Sequence record: OZ346151.1 | Direction: 5' to 3' (one strand) | Source: a phage | Length of the DNA: 64,000 bases | Part shown: positions 27,040-36,263 of the stretch, one piece after another | Position numbering within the stretch: the first letter of the stretch is position 1 | How the letters are laid out: each line of letters opens with the position of its first letter | Position numbers and translations under genes: made by a program | The notes under the pieces: model-generated | The model's database searches: none | What the model saw: only the letters and a program-made list of their open reading frames with translations | Told to the model about the DNA's origin: nothing

Positions 27040-27294
27040 CTACCGCTCTACAATCTCTACGTCTGTTCCTACACCGAAGGCATAGTAATGTTCTTCCCCA
27101 AAGTAATACTTGGGGACACCCGCTTTGATCAGATCTAACCCGCGAATAAATACCACACCGTGTGATACAGTGGAATGCTTCTGACGCACAGGATCGTTGT
27201 CAGGCAACCATTCAAAGTACACCGCAGGTACAACCTTTCCCTTCAGGAAGGATTGTCCCAAGTAGACGTTAGAATCAAGAATTTTAACCTTCAT
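27040..27294 (-). CDS. small protein, MKVK family
   Basis: MKVKILDSNVYLGQ...GKVVPA...GTDVEIVER. Confidence 0.5.
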   Translation of the reverse strand: MKVKILDSNVYLGQSFLKGKVVPAVYFEWLPDNDPVRQKHSTVSHGVVFIRGLDLIKAGVPKYYFGEEHYYAFGVGTDVEIVER

Positions 27295-27511
27295 TCTCGT
27301 CCTCCACTATCTCTGCATCCTCACCAAGGGCAAAGTTGTAGGTCCACTGGCTGTCAAAGCAGTCCTGAGATGCACCAGCGGCAATAAGATCTGCACCTTT
27401 TATTTTTAAAAGGTCAGGATAATCTTCGTTAGGGATAGCGGTAAACACTTTCCCCACTAAGGGCTCCTGACCAATATAGAAGCTTGAATCTAAAACTTTA
27501 ACTTTCATCAA
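27284..27511 (-). CDS. small protein, MKVK family
   Basis: MMKVKVLDSSFYIGQ...GKVFTA...GEDAEIVEDE. Confidence 0.5.
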   Translation of the reverse strand: MMKVKVLDSSFYIGQEPLVGKVFTAIPNEDYPDLLKIKGADLIAAGASQDCFDSQWTYNFALGEDAEIVEDENEG

Positions 27512-27795
27512 CGGTCTCCCTCAGGCGGTTGTGGGACGTAAACACTGTTACGAATATCGTCAGCAGTGTAGTAATAAGTGGTTCCAACCCTATCTCGGGC
27601 TGCAATGTACTCTGCTATACCAACAAGTGCCATTGATTTGGTGGCGTATCTTCCCCACTCGTTAGCTCCCCAGTAGAATTTAGACCAGTAGGGAATAAGA
27701 CCGAACAAATATACCTTTTGACGAACTTCCCAGTAAGTGCCTTTTCCGACAAGTTTAAACTCTACTTCACTACTGTTAATCTTTTTCATTATCAA
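27508..27795 (-). CDS. hypothetical protein
   Basis: 95 aa ORF. Confidence 0.45.
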   Translation of the reverse strand: MIMKKINSSEVEFKLVGKGTYWEVRQKVYLFGLIPYWSKFYWGANEWGRYATKSMALVGIAEYIAARDRVGTTYYYTADDIRNSVYVPQPPEGDR

Positions 27796-28088
27796 TCTCC
27801 CTCTACCGTGGTCGGATTGTCAGTAAGAAATTGAGCATTGGCTGGAGGCACGCCTGACATTTTCCACACAACCATAAGTTTATAACCAGGCACTCTATTA
27901 AGTGCAGATCGAGTAGAGTTTGTGCACGTATACTTTCGCTTTCCAAACCCGTTCTCCATCATAATCCAGTACCCAGTATCTTTGTCACCAGGTATCGGTA
28001 GACCACCTTCATCAACCCACTGAATTGACCACGGCACGATGGCTACAGCTTTATATTTAAACTTTTTAAACCACTCAAAAAGTTTCAT
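27792..28088 (-). CDS. hypothetical protein
   Basis: 98 aa ORF. Confidence 0.45.
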   Translation of the reverse strand: MKLFEWFKKFKYKAVAIVPWSIQWVDEGGLPIPGDKDTGYWIMMENGFGKRKYTCTNSTRSALNRVPGYKLMVVWKMSGVPPANAQFLTDNPTTVEGD

Positions 28089-28091
28089 AAT

Positions 28092-28181
28092 TCAGCCCCG
28101 CATAGACATAATCACTATAAATAGGCAAACAATGAATCCGAATGCCACGCCACCCATAAACGTTAATATTGATGCAATCAT
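28092..28181 (-). CDS. small hydrophobic peptide (29 aa), below ORF-track threshold
   Basis: ATG at 28181-28179; MIASILTFMGGVAFGFIVCLFIVIMSMRG; GAGG upstream. Confidence 0.3.
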   Translation of the reverse strand: MIASILTFMGGVAFGFIVCLFIVIMSMRG

Positions 28182-28388
28182 AGTCAATCAGCCTCGCCTG
28201 GCAACTCTTCTACCTTAACATGCCGAAAAGTGTTACCGTAATGGTTGATCCATGACATCAGCTCACTTTCTTGCTCTTCCTCTGGGATGAACTCTCGAAT
28301 ACTGACAAGTTTTAAGAAAACCTAATCACAATCTGCACCCATTCTACCAGACAGACAATAGTGCTTCATAAAAACCCTCCCGCCCGGT

Positions 28389-28583
28389 TTAGAATATTGC
28401 TTCTTCCATTGCGCCTGAGAGCAACAAAGAGGTGATCTGGCTAACATTCATCTCAGACTCTACTTCCTCCCCTTTGAAAGGTTCGCGGCAGAATAGGACT
28501 GTTTCAGGACTTTTACTTCGAACAATATAATACAAATCATTCAATGTGTTGTAGTAATAAGTGTTAAAACGTAAGTTTTTCAT
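28389..28583 (-). CDS. hypothetical protein
   Basis: 64 aa ORF. Confidence 0.4.
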   Translation of the reverse strand: MKNLRFNTYYYNTLNDLYYIVRSKSPETVLFCREPFKGEEVESEMNVSQITSLLLSGAMEEAIF

Positions 28584-28867
28584 TTTCTAGTCCTCTTCTT
28601 AGATTTTTGGGGAGAAACGCTTTCTGCAATACGAGACAGACGTTCTTCTGAAGCCTTACCTACTCCAGGTTTTTTGAGTGGATTATCTTTATGACCACAA
28701 TCCAACTGGATATTGGATACCTCTCCAACTTTGTAAGTCAATTCTAGCAAAAGGTTGTCGTCCTTGTCAAATGTTTTTACGATAAATTTTTTATCGTTCT
28801 CCTGAACTTCATATCTGGTACCTGCAGTATACAGCATGGTGCCATCAGCATAGGATATCCAGATCAT
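28580..28867 (-). CDS. hypothetical basic protein
   Basis: 95 aa ORF. Confidence 0.45.
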   Translation of the reverse strand: MIWISYADGTMLYTAGTRYEVQENDKKFIVKTFDKDDNLLLELTYKVGEVSNIQLDCGHKDNPLKKPGVGKASEERLSRIAESVSPQKSKKRTRK

Positions 28868-29211
28868 TGAGCCTCCTTTTGCTGCAACAGCATTAACTCT
28901 TTGTTAGAGATCTTTACTGCTGTTTTTATTGTTCCATCTTCACGAAACCACGACCAGAACTCTACAGTGTCACCACTATCAAGTAAAGCATGCCCATGGT
29001 AAAAATCTTTGTCCTTAGACAGTTTCTCATCTATATCTGCATCAACACATTCGTGATCCAGAGCATTTTGCCTGAACGCATCGGTTATGCCAATGCACGC
29101 CTTGCTCTCAAGACTGGTATATCCGATATCTTTTAATTCAGTTTCCCAAGTCCAGTACCCTATAAAAGCTAAAACAGCTACCCACAGTAATAACGTTTTA
29201 ATCTTTGGCAT
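28864..29211 (-). CDS. hypothetical signal-anchored protein
   Basis: 115 aa; N-terminal hydrophobic segment. Confidence 0.45.
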   Translation of the reverse strand: MPKIKTLLLWVAVLAFIGYWTWETELKDIGYTSLESKACIGITDAFRQNALDHECVDADIDEKLSKDKDFYHGHALLDSGDTVEFWSWFREDGTIKTAVKISNKELMLLQQKEAQ

Positions 29212-29273
29212 TCTCTCTACCTCTTTCTTAGTTTATTTCACTATGGCACATCCTTTGTGCCATATCTCAACTA

Positions 29274-29744
29274 CTACTTAAATAGTAGTTCAAAATAGTG
29301 CAAAATTAACAGAAGTTGAACTACACCTAGTGCAACGGCGAGTATGTTAATCTTAGAATCGAAAAACTTCTTAACTTTTACTCTAAAAGGTTCCTTAATG
29401 TCCTTTACGATCCTATCTATAGATGACCTCATATCTCTGATTACCATCCTGAACATTAAAGACGGATGCTCCCCCATCTCCGTAACGGAATCGAAAACAT
29501 ACTCTCTTCGGTCATAAGGGCCGCCAGCTCTGCGTATTAACCTCTCCACAGAGACCTCGAACGTCACACCTGTAACGTAATCATCTATAACAAGTCGTGA
29601 CGGGTCTTTACCTTTACTATCAAGAGGTATCAAAGTTATCTTTCCAGATTTTGTTAAAATTTCCCCTTTTTCAAGCAAGGTGTACCAATGCTCTCTGCCA
29701 AGACTGTTGAGGCACGTTTTTACATATTTAACAAACATCGTCAC
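29274..29744 (-). CDS. hypothetical protein with C-terminal TM segment
   Basis: 156 aa ORF. Confidence 0.45.
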   Translation of the reverse strand: MTMFVKYVKTCLNSLGREHWYTLLEKGEILTKSGKITLIPLDSKGKDPSRLVIDDYVTGVTFEVSVERLIRRAGGPYDRREYVFDSVTEMGEHPSLMFRMVIRDMRSSIDRIVKDIKEPFRVKVKKFFDSKINILAVALGVVQLLLILHYFELLFK

Positions 29745-29926
29745 CCCTCATCGCACGTCTGATATAACCACTCTATAAAATCTTGATACCATTCGCCCTC
29801 TGAGCGCTCCGTAGGCCAATAATCTTCACCCTCTCGTGCATTAAAATCTGAGTATTCAACTTTCCACTCCTTTACCAGCTCGTGGAGAAGGTTTTCAGCC
29901 TGCTCTAAAGATTTATTTTTTACCAT
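29741..29926 (-). CDS. hypothetical protein
   Basis: ORF track 29741..29944 starts at TTG; ATG 29926 preceded by AAAAAGGAG. Confidence 0.4.
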   Translation of the reverse strand: MVKNKSLEQAENLLHELVKEWKVEYSDFNAREGEDYWPTERSEGEWYQDFIEWLYQTCDEG

Positions 29927-30145
29927 TGCTGTCTCCTTTTTCAAGATAGTTATACATCAGAACTGCACCACCTAAGATGGCTACCAGTAACAATATCCCA
30001 GATAGCATCTCAATAAACATGGCTTGAAACACTGGAAGGTCTCCCTAAATTAACGCACCATTTTAAATACATGCTCTTTTCCCATAAAGGTGCCTGGCTA
30101 AGATCTGCGTAGAACGCAATCTCTTTAAGAACAGTATAGATAGTT

Positions 30146-30373
30146 TTAGGTGCGGTCTCCATCCCTACTCTCCTTCCTGATATTCTTGTAGTAATCAACT
30201 AGGCACATTATTACGATGAAGATAACAACAGGCCAAAAAGGTGCAGCAGTGATGATGGTGATAAAATCATCAAACTTCACCCTTCGTCTGGACACGATGC
30301 ATACACCTGTCAAGAATACCGCTGTTATAACGGACATTACCAGGTAACCTATTAGCACAACATTTATACTCAT
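30146..30373 (-). CDS. small membrane protein (two TM helices)
   Basis: 75 aa, two hydrophobic helices. Confidence 0.45.
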   Translation of the reverse strand: MSINVVLIGYLVMSVITAVFLTGVCIVSRRRVKFDDFITIITAAPFWPVVIFIVIMCLVDYYKNIRKESRDGDRT

Positions 30374-30403
30374 TGGTCCTCCCTTTGTAGGTTAAATTGT
30401 ATA

Positions 30404-30937
30404 CTACAAATGGTCGCTGAGGGTGTCAAGAAAATTATCCCGTTCTTTCTCAGAGTTTTCATGTGTGTAGCTGAAAAACATATCGAGAATAACCTTATTG
30501 ATATATTCCAGCTCCTCTGTGTTCAGATGCTTAGCAGGATCTACAATGACATCCCAAATATCATACAGACCGCACTCATGATACCCATAACGCCACTCAA
30601 TTGTCAAGCTGAGCGGCAAATCTTTACCTTCACAAACAACCTTCCATCTACATATGTTGGTATCTGGTCGTACCTGTGCACGGTACACCTGCACAAAATC
30701 CAATTTGAATTTGAGGTACTCGTCATACAATTTAAGCACAAAGCTCTCGATTTGTGGAGACACTTTTGCAGCAAACTGTGCGTATTCGTACTTGCACTGG
30801 ATGATCTTTCTGCGTTTTGCAGTTAAATTTTTTGCCGCCAGTTGTTCTTCAGTGTATCTCCACCTACGATCAACAAACGCAACAGGGTCTTTGTCCCCAT
30901 AGAGGTCTTCCCAGTTAATCAGAAGCATACCTGTCAC
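30404..30937 (-). CDS. hypothetical protein
   Basis: 177 aa ORF. Confidence 0.5.
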   Translation of the reverse strand: MTGMLLINWEDLYGDKDPVAFVDRRWRYTEEQLAAKNLTAKRRKIIQCKYEYAQFAAKVSPQIESFVLKLYDEYLKFKLDFVQVYRAQVRPDTNICRWKVVCEGKDLPLSLTIEWRYGYHECGLYDIWDVIVDPAKHLNTEELEYINKVILDMFFSYTHENSEKERDNFLDTLSDHL

Positions 30938-31167
30938 TCCTCCACAACTTCAAGGCCTTTACCGCCTCGCTCTGGCAGATTACTTAAAGATAGGTAATAC
31001 ATATAATCAGGAGAGATCCTGCCAGACTCTGCACCTGCAGCTAGTAAATCCTTCCCTTTAACCAGGACAACATTCTCGTTTGCAGATAGCCGTTTTGCTT
31101 CCACAATTTTACCAACACAGTCAACCAAGGAAGGGTACCCTAAATCTGTAAGAAATTTAACTTTCAT
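30934..31167 (-). CDS. small protein, MKVK family
   Basis: MKVKFLTDLGY...GKIVEA...LVKGKDLLAAGA...LEVVEE. Confidence 0.5.
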   Translation of the reverse strand: MKVKFLTDLGYPSLVDCVGKIVEAKRLSANENVVLVKGKDLLAAGAESGRISPDYMYYLSLSNLPERGGKGLEVVEE

Positions 31168-31204
31168 GCTACCTCCTACCTACCGTCCCTGGTAAGATAA
31201 ATTA

Positions 31205-31603
31205 TTACTGAACAGAGCGCGGTGCTGGGAAGGATAACTCTTCTAAAGAGAAGATTTCATTTCCTACCACCCAAGTTGCTGGGTCATCTGGATCAACAGG
31301 TTGGATAATCATTACCTCATCCGCCTCGCACACACGTTTCCCACCCATAGTAGCGTCAGCCACTAACATACGCGGCTCTTCAGAAATGCACAGGTAGCCA
31401 CCTCGGCCCACTGTTCCTTCCACGGGATCCTGCCCTTTGACCACAATGAATACCTTCTCTCCTGTGGCGATATTACTTTTCACACTAACAGTTTGACCAA
31501 CTTTAGATGTACCGATCTTGGTGGCTTCAAACATTAAATCCCGAATTACTGTTGCATAGTTGCCGGACACTTTCTTACCTTCTTTAGTAATCTCAATCTT
31601 CAT
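31205..31603 (-). CDS. hypothetical protein
   Basis: 132 aa; begins MKIEITKEGK. Confidence 0.45.
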   Translation of the reverse strand: MKIEITKEGKKVSGNYATVIRDLMFEATKIGTSKVGQTVSVKSNIATGEKVFIVVKGQDPVEGTVGRGGYLCISEEPRMLVADATMGGKRVCEADEVMIIQPVDPDDPATWVVGNEIFSLEELSFPAPRSVQ

Positions 31604-31872
31604 AACCTAGGCTCCTTAAATGAATCTATGTAATCAATTAAATCCCAAGCATCGCGATGGGCTGTCAGAGGGTATACTTCTCCGAGAGGGATCATAGCAA
31701 TAAGTCTATCAAAAACCCAGTCTGGACGCAACATTTTATGGTGATATTCCCACTCACCTTCCACAGATTTTTTCTGAGTGATCAGGATCTCTGTGTAGTG
31801 TTTCGCCTGTCTTGAGTAGATTGAAAATGACTTGTACATAAAGACCCCCTCTTGTTGAAAACAACAATACAC
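31600..31872 (-). CDS. hypothetical protein
   Basis: 90 aa ORF. Confidence 0.4.
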   Translation of the reverse strand: MYCCFQQEGVFMYKSFSIYSRQAKHYTEILITQKKSVEGEWEYHHKMLRPDWVFDRLIAMIPLGEVYPLTAHRDAWDLIDYIDSFKEPRL

Positions 31873-31874
31873 AA

Positions 31875-32189
31875 CTACCAGGTTACTGTCAAGTAGGCAA
31901 CCGTATTATTTTTCTCTGGGGAGATGCCAACAACATCTACCTGCAGACCTCCTGCCCTTAAATCTCCAACAATGTGCGGGAAGTAATCTGAGAGATGCGA
32001 GGGTAGATTTATCGAAAATCCGCACCCCAGAAAGCCTGCTAACGCTTTATTTTGTATCTCCCCTACAATCGCATCATAAATGGAGTTAAGCTCGTCAGGG
32101 AGCGTTACAGGACGTTTTAGCGCTAACTGGTGTAATTTGTCCTTAGCACTCATTTTCATTTCAGGTCTACCTCTGGTGGTGCCAACCAC
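31875..32189 (-). CDS. hypothetical protein
   Basis: 104 aa ORF. Confidence 0.45.
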   Translation of the reverse strand: MVGTTRGRPEMKMSAKDKLHQLALKRPVTLPDELNSIYDAIVGEIQNKALAGFLGCGFSINLPSHLSDYFPHIVGDLRAGGLQVDVVGISPEKNNTVAYLTVTW

Positions 32190-32689
32190 ATAAATGGCGG
32201 CAAGCCTAAACGGTTTTTCTTATCCCACACAAAATATGCATATGCTTGCCCGTCAGTTCTGCCATTTGATTGAAAAGATGGACGCTTAGATATTGTGATC
32301 ACAGTGGTAGGTGCATTATCAAGCCACCATTCAAATCTGGCTTTGCTTTCCAGAAAATTAAGACGCAAAAGCATAATAACTACGTCAGCATCTTTCAACG
32401 CCTTGTCTACAAACTCACGAGCCAAACTGTATGGTGGGTTGGTGATAATACAGTCAACATGGTTGTATTCTGTATTCAGATAGTCAACACCTTCTTGGAT
32501 TTCTCCCCATGCAGATCCTAACGGCATACGGGAGTAGAACACACCTGAGGCACTATTCCTGCAAGGCTCTAAGTAGGTCCAGTCTTCTGGGAACGGAATA
32601 AGGTCATACAGCCCTTCTGCACACCACTCCGGTGTCACATACTCATCGTAGGCGTTACGTTGTTCATCAGGTTTTCGAGCACAAGTCAT
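32156..32689 (-). CDS. DNA N6-adenine methyltransferase (small phage Dam-type)
   Basis: 177 aa; catalytic motif DCIITNPPYS. Confidence 0.7.
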   Translation of the reverse strand: MTCARKPDEQRNAYDEYVTPEWCAEGLYDLIPFPEDWTYLEPCRNSASGVFYSRMPLGSAWGEIQEGVDYLNTEYNHVDCIITNPPYSLAREFVDKALKDADVVIMLLRLNFLESKARFEWWLDNAPTTVITISKRPSFQSNGRTDGQAYAYFVWDKKNRLGLPPFMWLAPPEVDLK

Positions 32690-32740
32690 GCAAATCTCCA
32701 GATCATAAAAGCCCTCCGAAGAGGGCTTTAGAATTAATGT

Positions 32741-33790
32741 TTAAGCTTCTTCGACAATTCCTGCACCCAGGATTTTTTCATTGAGCTCTTTTGCTGTTTT
32801 AATAATATTGTCCACCAGACGCTTGCGAGTCTTATCTTTTACCTTAACCTCTTCACCGCCGTTCAGGGTTGTCTTCAATTGGGACAGAATGTCTTGAAGT
32901 TCAACGACAGAGAATCGCTGCAGATCTTCTGAGGTAATCTCGCCTAAGGCAATCTTAACGGTCTCACCACTTTCCATCTGCAGGTTCAGGAACACAGTGT
33001 GAACATCACCTTTCGAACCACCCGCTTTTGCAGATTCAACAGCATGAACTAGCTCATCTAAAGAGGTGCACTGGTGAATCTCCGGAAGACCTGCTTCACC
33101 TAGCACACCTTCTTCATCACCTTTTGCCAAAAGCTTTTTAGGTTTTTGTCCGTTCTGGATGCGTTGTATGTTGCCTTCATCCAGAATGATAGCTCCAGTT
33201 CGAGCTGCCAGCTCCTCTCCGTCCAACCACACTTCGCCACCCGCTGTGATGGATGCGATCTCATCTTCTGTCAGCACCCAACCGTAGTATTTTTCGATCA
33301 GGCGTTCGAAACGTTTTTTCCAGTAGCTGACCTGAGTATTCATGTTCACACCATTGCCATAAGTGCCGCCTTGATAGTAGTGGAACATAAACTCTGTGTC
33401 CGGAGCCACAGTGCGTTCTTTGCAACCCAGCCATAGGATTGTTCCAGCAGAGCAGCACATCCCTTCAGCATGTGCAACAACGCTTGCCTGAGACTCGCGG
33501 AATGCCTGTAGATAAGCCATTGCAATGTGCACGCAACCCCCAGGGCTATTGATGATCACACGAATGCTTTCTTCCGGCTGAGCCATACGGATCGTCTGCA
33601 GACGAGACATATGATCCTGCAGGTCCTCCAAATCGTCGATATAAAGAACGTGGTCAACAACAGGTGTTGGGTAGCTGTATGTTTCCATAATACCACCCGG
33701 CATACCAAACATTTTATTACTCATAGGTTCGAAACCGTTCTGTTTTTCTTTCATGCCGTGTACCATGGTTCTGCGAGGTGTTAAATTCAT
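32741..33790 (-). CDS. ClpP-family (S14) serine peptidase-like protein
   Basis: 349 aa; VIINSPGGCVHIAMAYLQAF ... GMCCSAGTILWLG ... FMFHYYQGG resembles ClpP core. Confidence 0.65.
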   Translation of the reverse strand: MNLTPRRTMVHGMKEKQNGFEPMSNKMFGMPGGIMETYSYPTPVVDHVLYIDDLEDLQDHMSRLQTIRMAQPEESIRVIINSPGGCVHIAMAYLQAFRESQASVVAHAEGMCCSAGTILWLGCKERTVAPDTEFMFHYYQGGTYGNGVNMNTQVSYWKKRFERLIEKYYGWVLTEDEIASITAGGEVWLDGEELAARTGAIILDEGNIQRIQNGQKPKKLLAKGDEEGVLGEAGLPEIHQCTSLDELVHAVESAKAGGSKGDVHTVFLNLQMESGETVKIALGEITSEDLQRFSVVELQDILSQLKTTLNGGEEVKVKDKTRKRLVDNIIKTAKELNEKILGAGIVEEA

Positions 33791-33850
33791 GAGAAATCCT
33801 TAATATTGGAAGTTGAAAGCTATTTATTTAAACCTGATTCACATTTACCT

Positions 33851-34162
33851 TTATTTAGCAATCACTATGGAATACTTACGATTGTCAGAAGCATCACAAC
33901 TCAATGATTGCCAGTCTACCACATACCACGTATCATTGTCAACAATTACTTTATCGCCTGTTCTGTAGCAAGTGCTGCTTTCAATAATTCGAGACTCGAT
34001 AAAGAATCTGTGTCGGCGCTCACGTAGCAACGCTAAGTTAATTATATTACCACCGCTGTCCTTGGTCCACACATTCTTGGATCCCTTATTTGCCAAAATT
34101 GTCTCGCCGTTATAGACAAACAGGCAGTATATTTTATTCAGTTTCTCTTGTATTGTAGCCAT
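33851..34162 (-). CDS. hypothetical protein
   Basis: 103 aa ORF. Confidence 0.45.
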   Translation of the reverse strand: MATIQEKLNKIYCLFVYNGETILANKGSKNVWTKDSGGNIINLALLRERRHRFFIESRIIESSTCYRTGDKVIVDNDTWYVVDWQSLSCDASDNRKYSIVIAK

Positions 34163-34263
34163 ACTGTCCTTCTCTCTGTTTTGTCCGATAATAATATCTA
34201 AAGCTTACCTATTTGTCAACAACTGTTTTAGATATTTAAGGGTGGAATAACCACCCTTCTGTA

Positions 34264-35052
34264 TTACTCGGAAACAGGGGTCCAAATATGATTTGCACGA
34301 TCCTCAATAAGATTGAGTGCGATCTGACGACCCAACCCAGAACGAACGACATCGTCTGGACTATCAAAGCTGATCATTCCAACCTCAGGATCTGGATGAC
34401 GAGTAAAGAAATCCGTCACCCATGCAAGGCCAGATTTACCAGGGATGTCACGTTGGCTATTATCACCCATAATTACAAGGGTGGCTTGATCAGAGATCCT
34501 TGTGATAATTGACAACATTTCTTCAGGGTTAGTTTGCTGTGCCTCGTCAATCAGGACAAAGCATCGCTCATCGAAACTACGACCACGAATGCTTTCAACT
34601 TCACAAATCTCGATACGGCTGTTCTGACCGTCTCCCAGCATTGCGGCAAAAGCACCTTTGCCAACACGACGACAAATCGTGTCCATCATGCTTCGAAGAT
34701 AGGGCCACAGTTTCTGCATTGCATTTCCAGGTTTAAATCCTGAAGTCTTTCCTGTCTGAACGTAAGGACGTGCAACAATAATCTTATCAATCTCGTTCTT
34801 ACGCAGAAGATCACCTGCATATGCAGATGCCATGAATGTCTTACCGGATCCAAACACACCGTTTACAATAATAATCTTACGTGACCCTAGATAATCAAGA
34901 TACTTTTGCTGCTTCTTATTCATTGGTCTGAGAGCTGGAGCGGTGTGCTCTCTTTCGTCAGCAAATTTCTCAGCAGCCTTACGCAGGCGATCAGATTTGC
35001 GAGCCTCTCTAGCTTCATCACGCATGCGTTTTGTTTCTTTAGCTCGACCCAT
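34264..35052 (-). CDS. phoH: PhoH-like ATPase
   Basis: 262 aa; Walker A GVFGSGKTF, Walker B VLIDEAQ. Confidence 0.85.
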   Translation of the reverse strand: MGRAKETKRMRDEAREARKSDRLRKAAEKFADEREHTAPALRPMNKKQQKYLDYLGSRKIIIVNGVFGSGKTFMASAYAGDLLRKNEIDKIIVARPYVQTGKTSGFKPGNAMQKLWPYLRSMMDTICRRVGKGAFAAMLGDGQNSRIEICEVESIRGRSFDERCFVLIDEAQQTNPEEMLSIITRISDQATLVIMGDNSQRDIPGKSGLAWVTDFFTRHPDPEVGMISFDSPDDVVRSGLGRQIALNLIEDRANHIWTPVSE

Positions 35053-35090
35053 GTTGGGACTCCTTTCAGATTGAGATGTGCCAAGTACTT

Positions 35091-35441
35091 TTACTGCAAC
35101 AGTTTTTCAATAGCCGCTTCCATGCTGCTTGCAACAGCCTGAACTCGGATATTCATCTCTTCTTGGTGGATCAGCTCCTTAAGCTCTTTAATGGTAAATT
35201 CTTTAGAGAAACCTTCCACCATAATCTTGTGCAAGGCTTCTTGCGTGTCTACTTGCAAGAACTTTTCCAGTTTGTTGGCAGAGGCTTCTAAATCAGCCCG
35301 AATACGAGGGTCATCTGTGCGATTCAGCATTAGGCGTAAGCCATCAAGATTAGTAGAAATAGCATCTGCATGTTGAGTAACTAACCGTGGCAAAATGAGA
35401 TCTACAAACTTATTAGCCAAATCGATACGTTCTTGTGTCAC
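35091..35441 (-). CDS. hypothetical protein
   Basis: 116 aa; GTG start overlapping upstream stop. Confidence 0.45.
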   Translation of the reverse strand: MTQERIDLANKFVDLILPRLVTQHADAISTNLDGLRLMLNRTDDPRIRADLEASANKLEKFLQVDTQEALHKIMVEGFSKEFTIKELKELIHQEEMNIRVQAVASSMEAAIEKLLQ

Positions 35442-35551
35442 TGTTGCACCCCCTCTTCATCTTCATGATGTTTCTTTTCACGCTTGTGTTTTTTCTTAAG
35501 CTCAAGCGCAATCTCTTTCTTGTACGCCTTCTTCAAGGCTTTTTTAGCCAT
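35438..35551 (-). CDS. small lysine-rich basic peptide (37 aa), below ORF-track threshold
   Basis: ATG at 35551-35549 preceded by GAGGAGG; MAKKALKKAYKKEIALELKKKHKREKKHHEDEEGVQQ; stop overlaps next start (GTGA). Confidence 0.45.
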   Translation of the reverse strand: MAKKALKKAYKKEIALELKKKHKREKKHHEDEEGVQQ

Positions 35552-35613
35552 TTGGCACCTCCTCTGCTTTCATTACGGCAATTATAACCAACTCAACAAA
35601 GCTTTGTCAACAA

Positions 35614-36087
35614 CTAGTCTACCTGAACCCAACCGCCTGATACTTTTTTAAACATTCTTTGGTTATCACTGCCTCGGAACGGTTTCTTGGTTGGTAAATC
35701 TTTTACATACTTACCGTCAATGATGATATCAGCCAGTTTAATAACATCACTAGAGATATGGTCAAATGTGAACCCAGTATATACAAGAATAGTTTTCTTG
35801 TCACCAAATTTTTCCTTAATTTTCTCCATCAGGCTAATAATATCTGGCTCATTATAGTATGCTAAGGGTTCTCCACCCAGTAGAGAGATACCGCACACAG
35901 ACGGGTTATCTAAATCTGACAAGATTTTTTGCAAGTCTTCTTCAGTGAACTTCCTCCCCTTATCTTTTGACCAAAATGCCTGATTAAAGCAACCAGGGCA
36001 AGCGTGTGGGCACCCAGATACCCACAAGGCAGTTCTAATACCTGGTCCTTCGGTGTAAGATATTTCTGTGTATCCAGCAATGTTCAT
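35614..36087 (-). CDS. nrdG: Anaerobic ribonucleotide reductase activating protein (radical SAM)
   Basis: 157 aa; CPHACPGC cluster. Confidence 0.85.
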   Translation of the reverse strand: MNIAGYTEISYTEGPGIRTALWVSGCPHACPGCFNQAFWSKDKGRKFTEEDLQKILSDLDNPSVCGISLLGGEPLAYYNEPDIISLMEKIKEKFGDKKTILVYTGFTFDHISSDVIKLADIIIDGKYVKDLPTKKPFRGSDNQRMFKKVSGGWVQVD

Positions 36088-36200
36088 AGATACTCCGCAT
36101 CACATTTAGGGCAATGCCAAATAAAATCGTCTAGTGCCTTGCACCAACGAAGATTACAACTACAGCCGCACTTGCAAATTTTATAAATACCTGATGACAT
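36084..36200 (-). CDS. small cysteine-rich peptide (38 aa), below ORF-track threshold
   Basis: ATG at 36200-36198; MSSGIYKICKCGCSCNLRWCKALDDFIWHCPKCDAEYL; stop overlaps nrdG start (ATGA). Confidence 0.35.
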   Translation of the reverse strand: MSSGIYKICKCGCSCNLRWCKALDDFIWHCPKCDAEYL

Positions 36201-36263
36201 ACTGCACCTCCTAGCTCACTGTGTGTCAATAATATGCCACATCCTTGTGGCTTTTGTCAAGAA

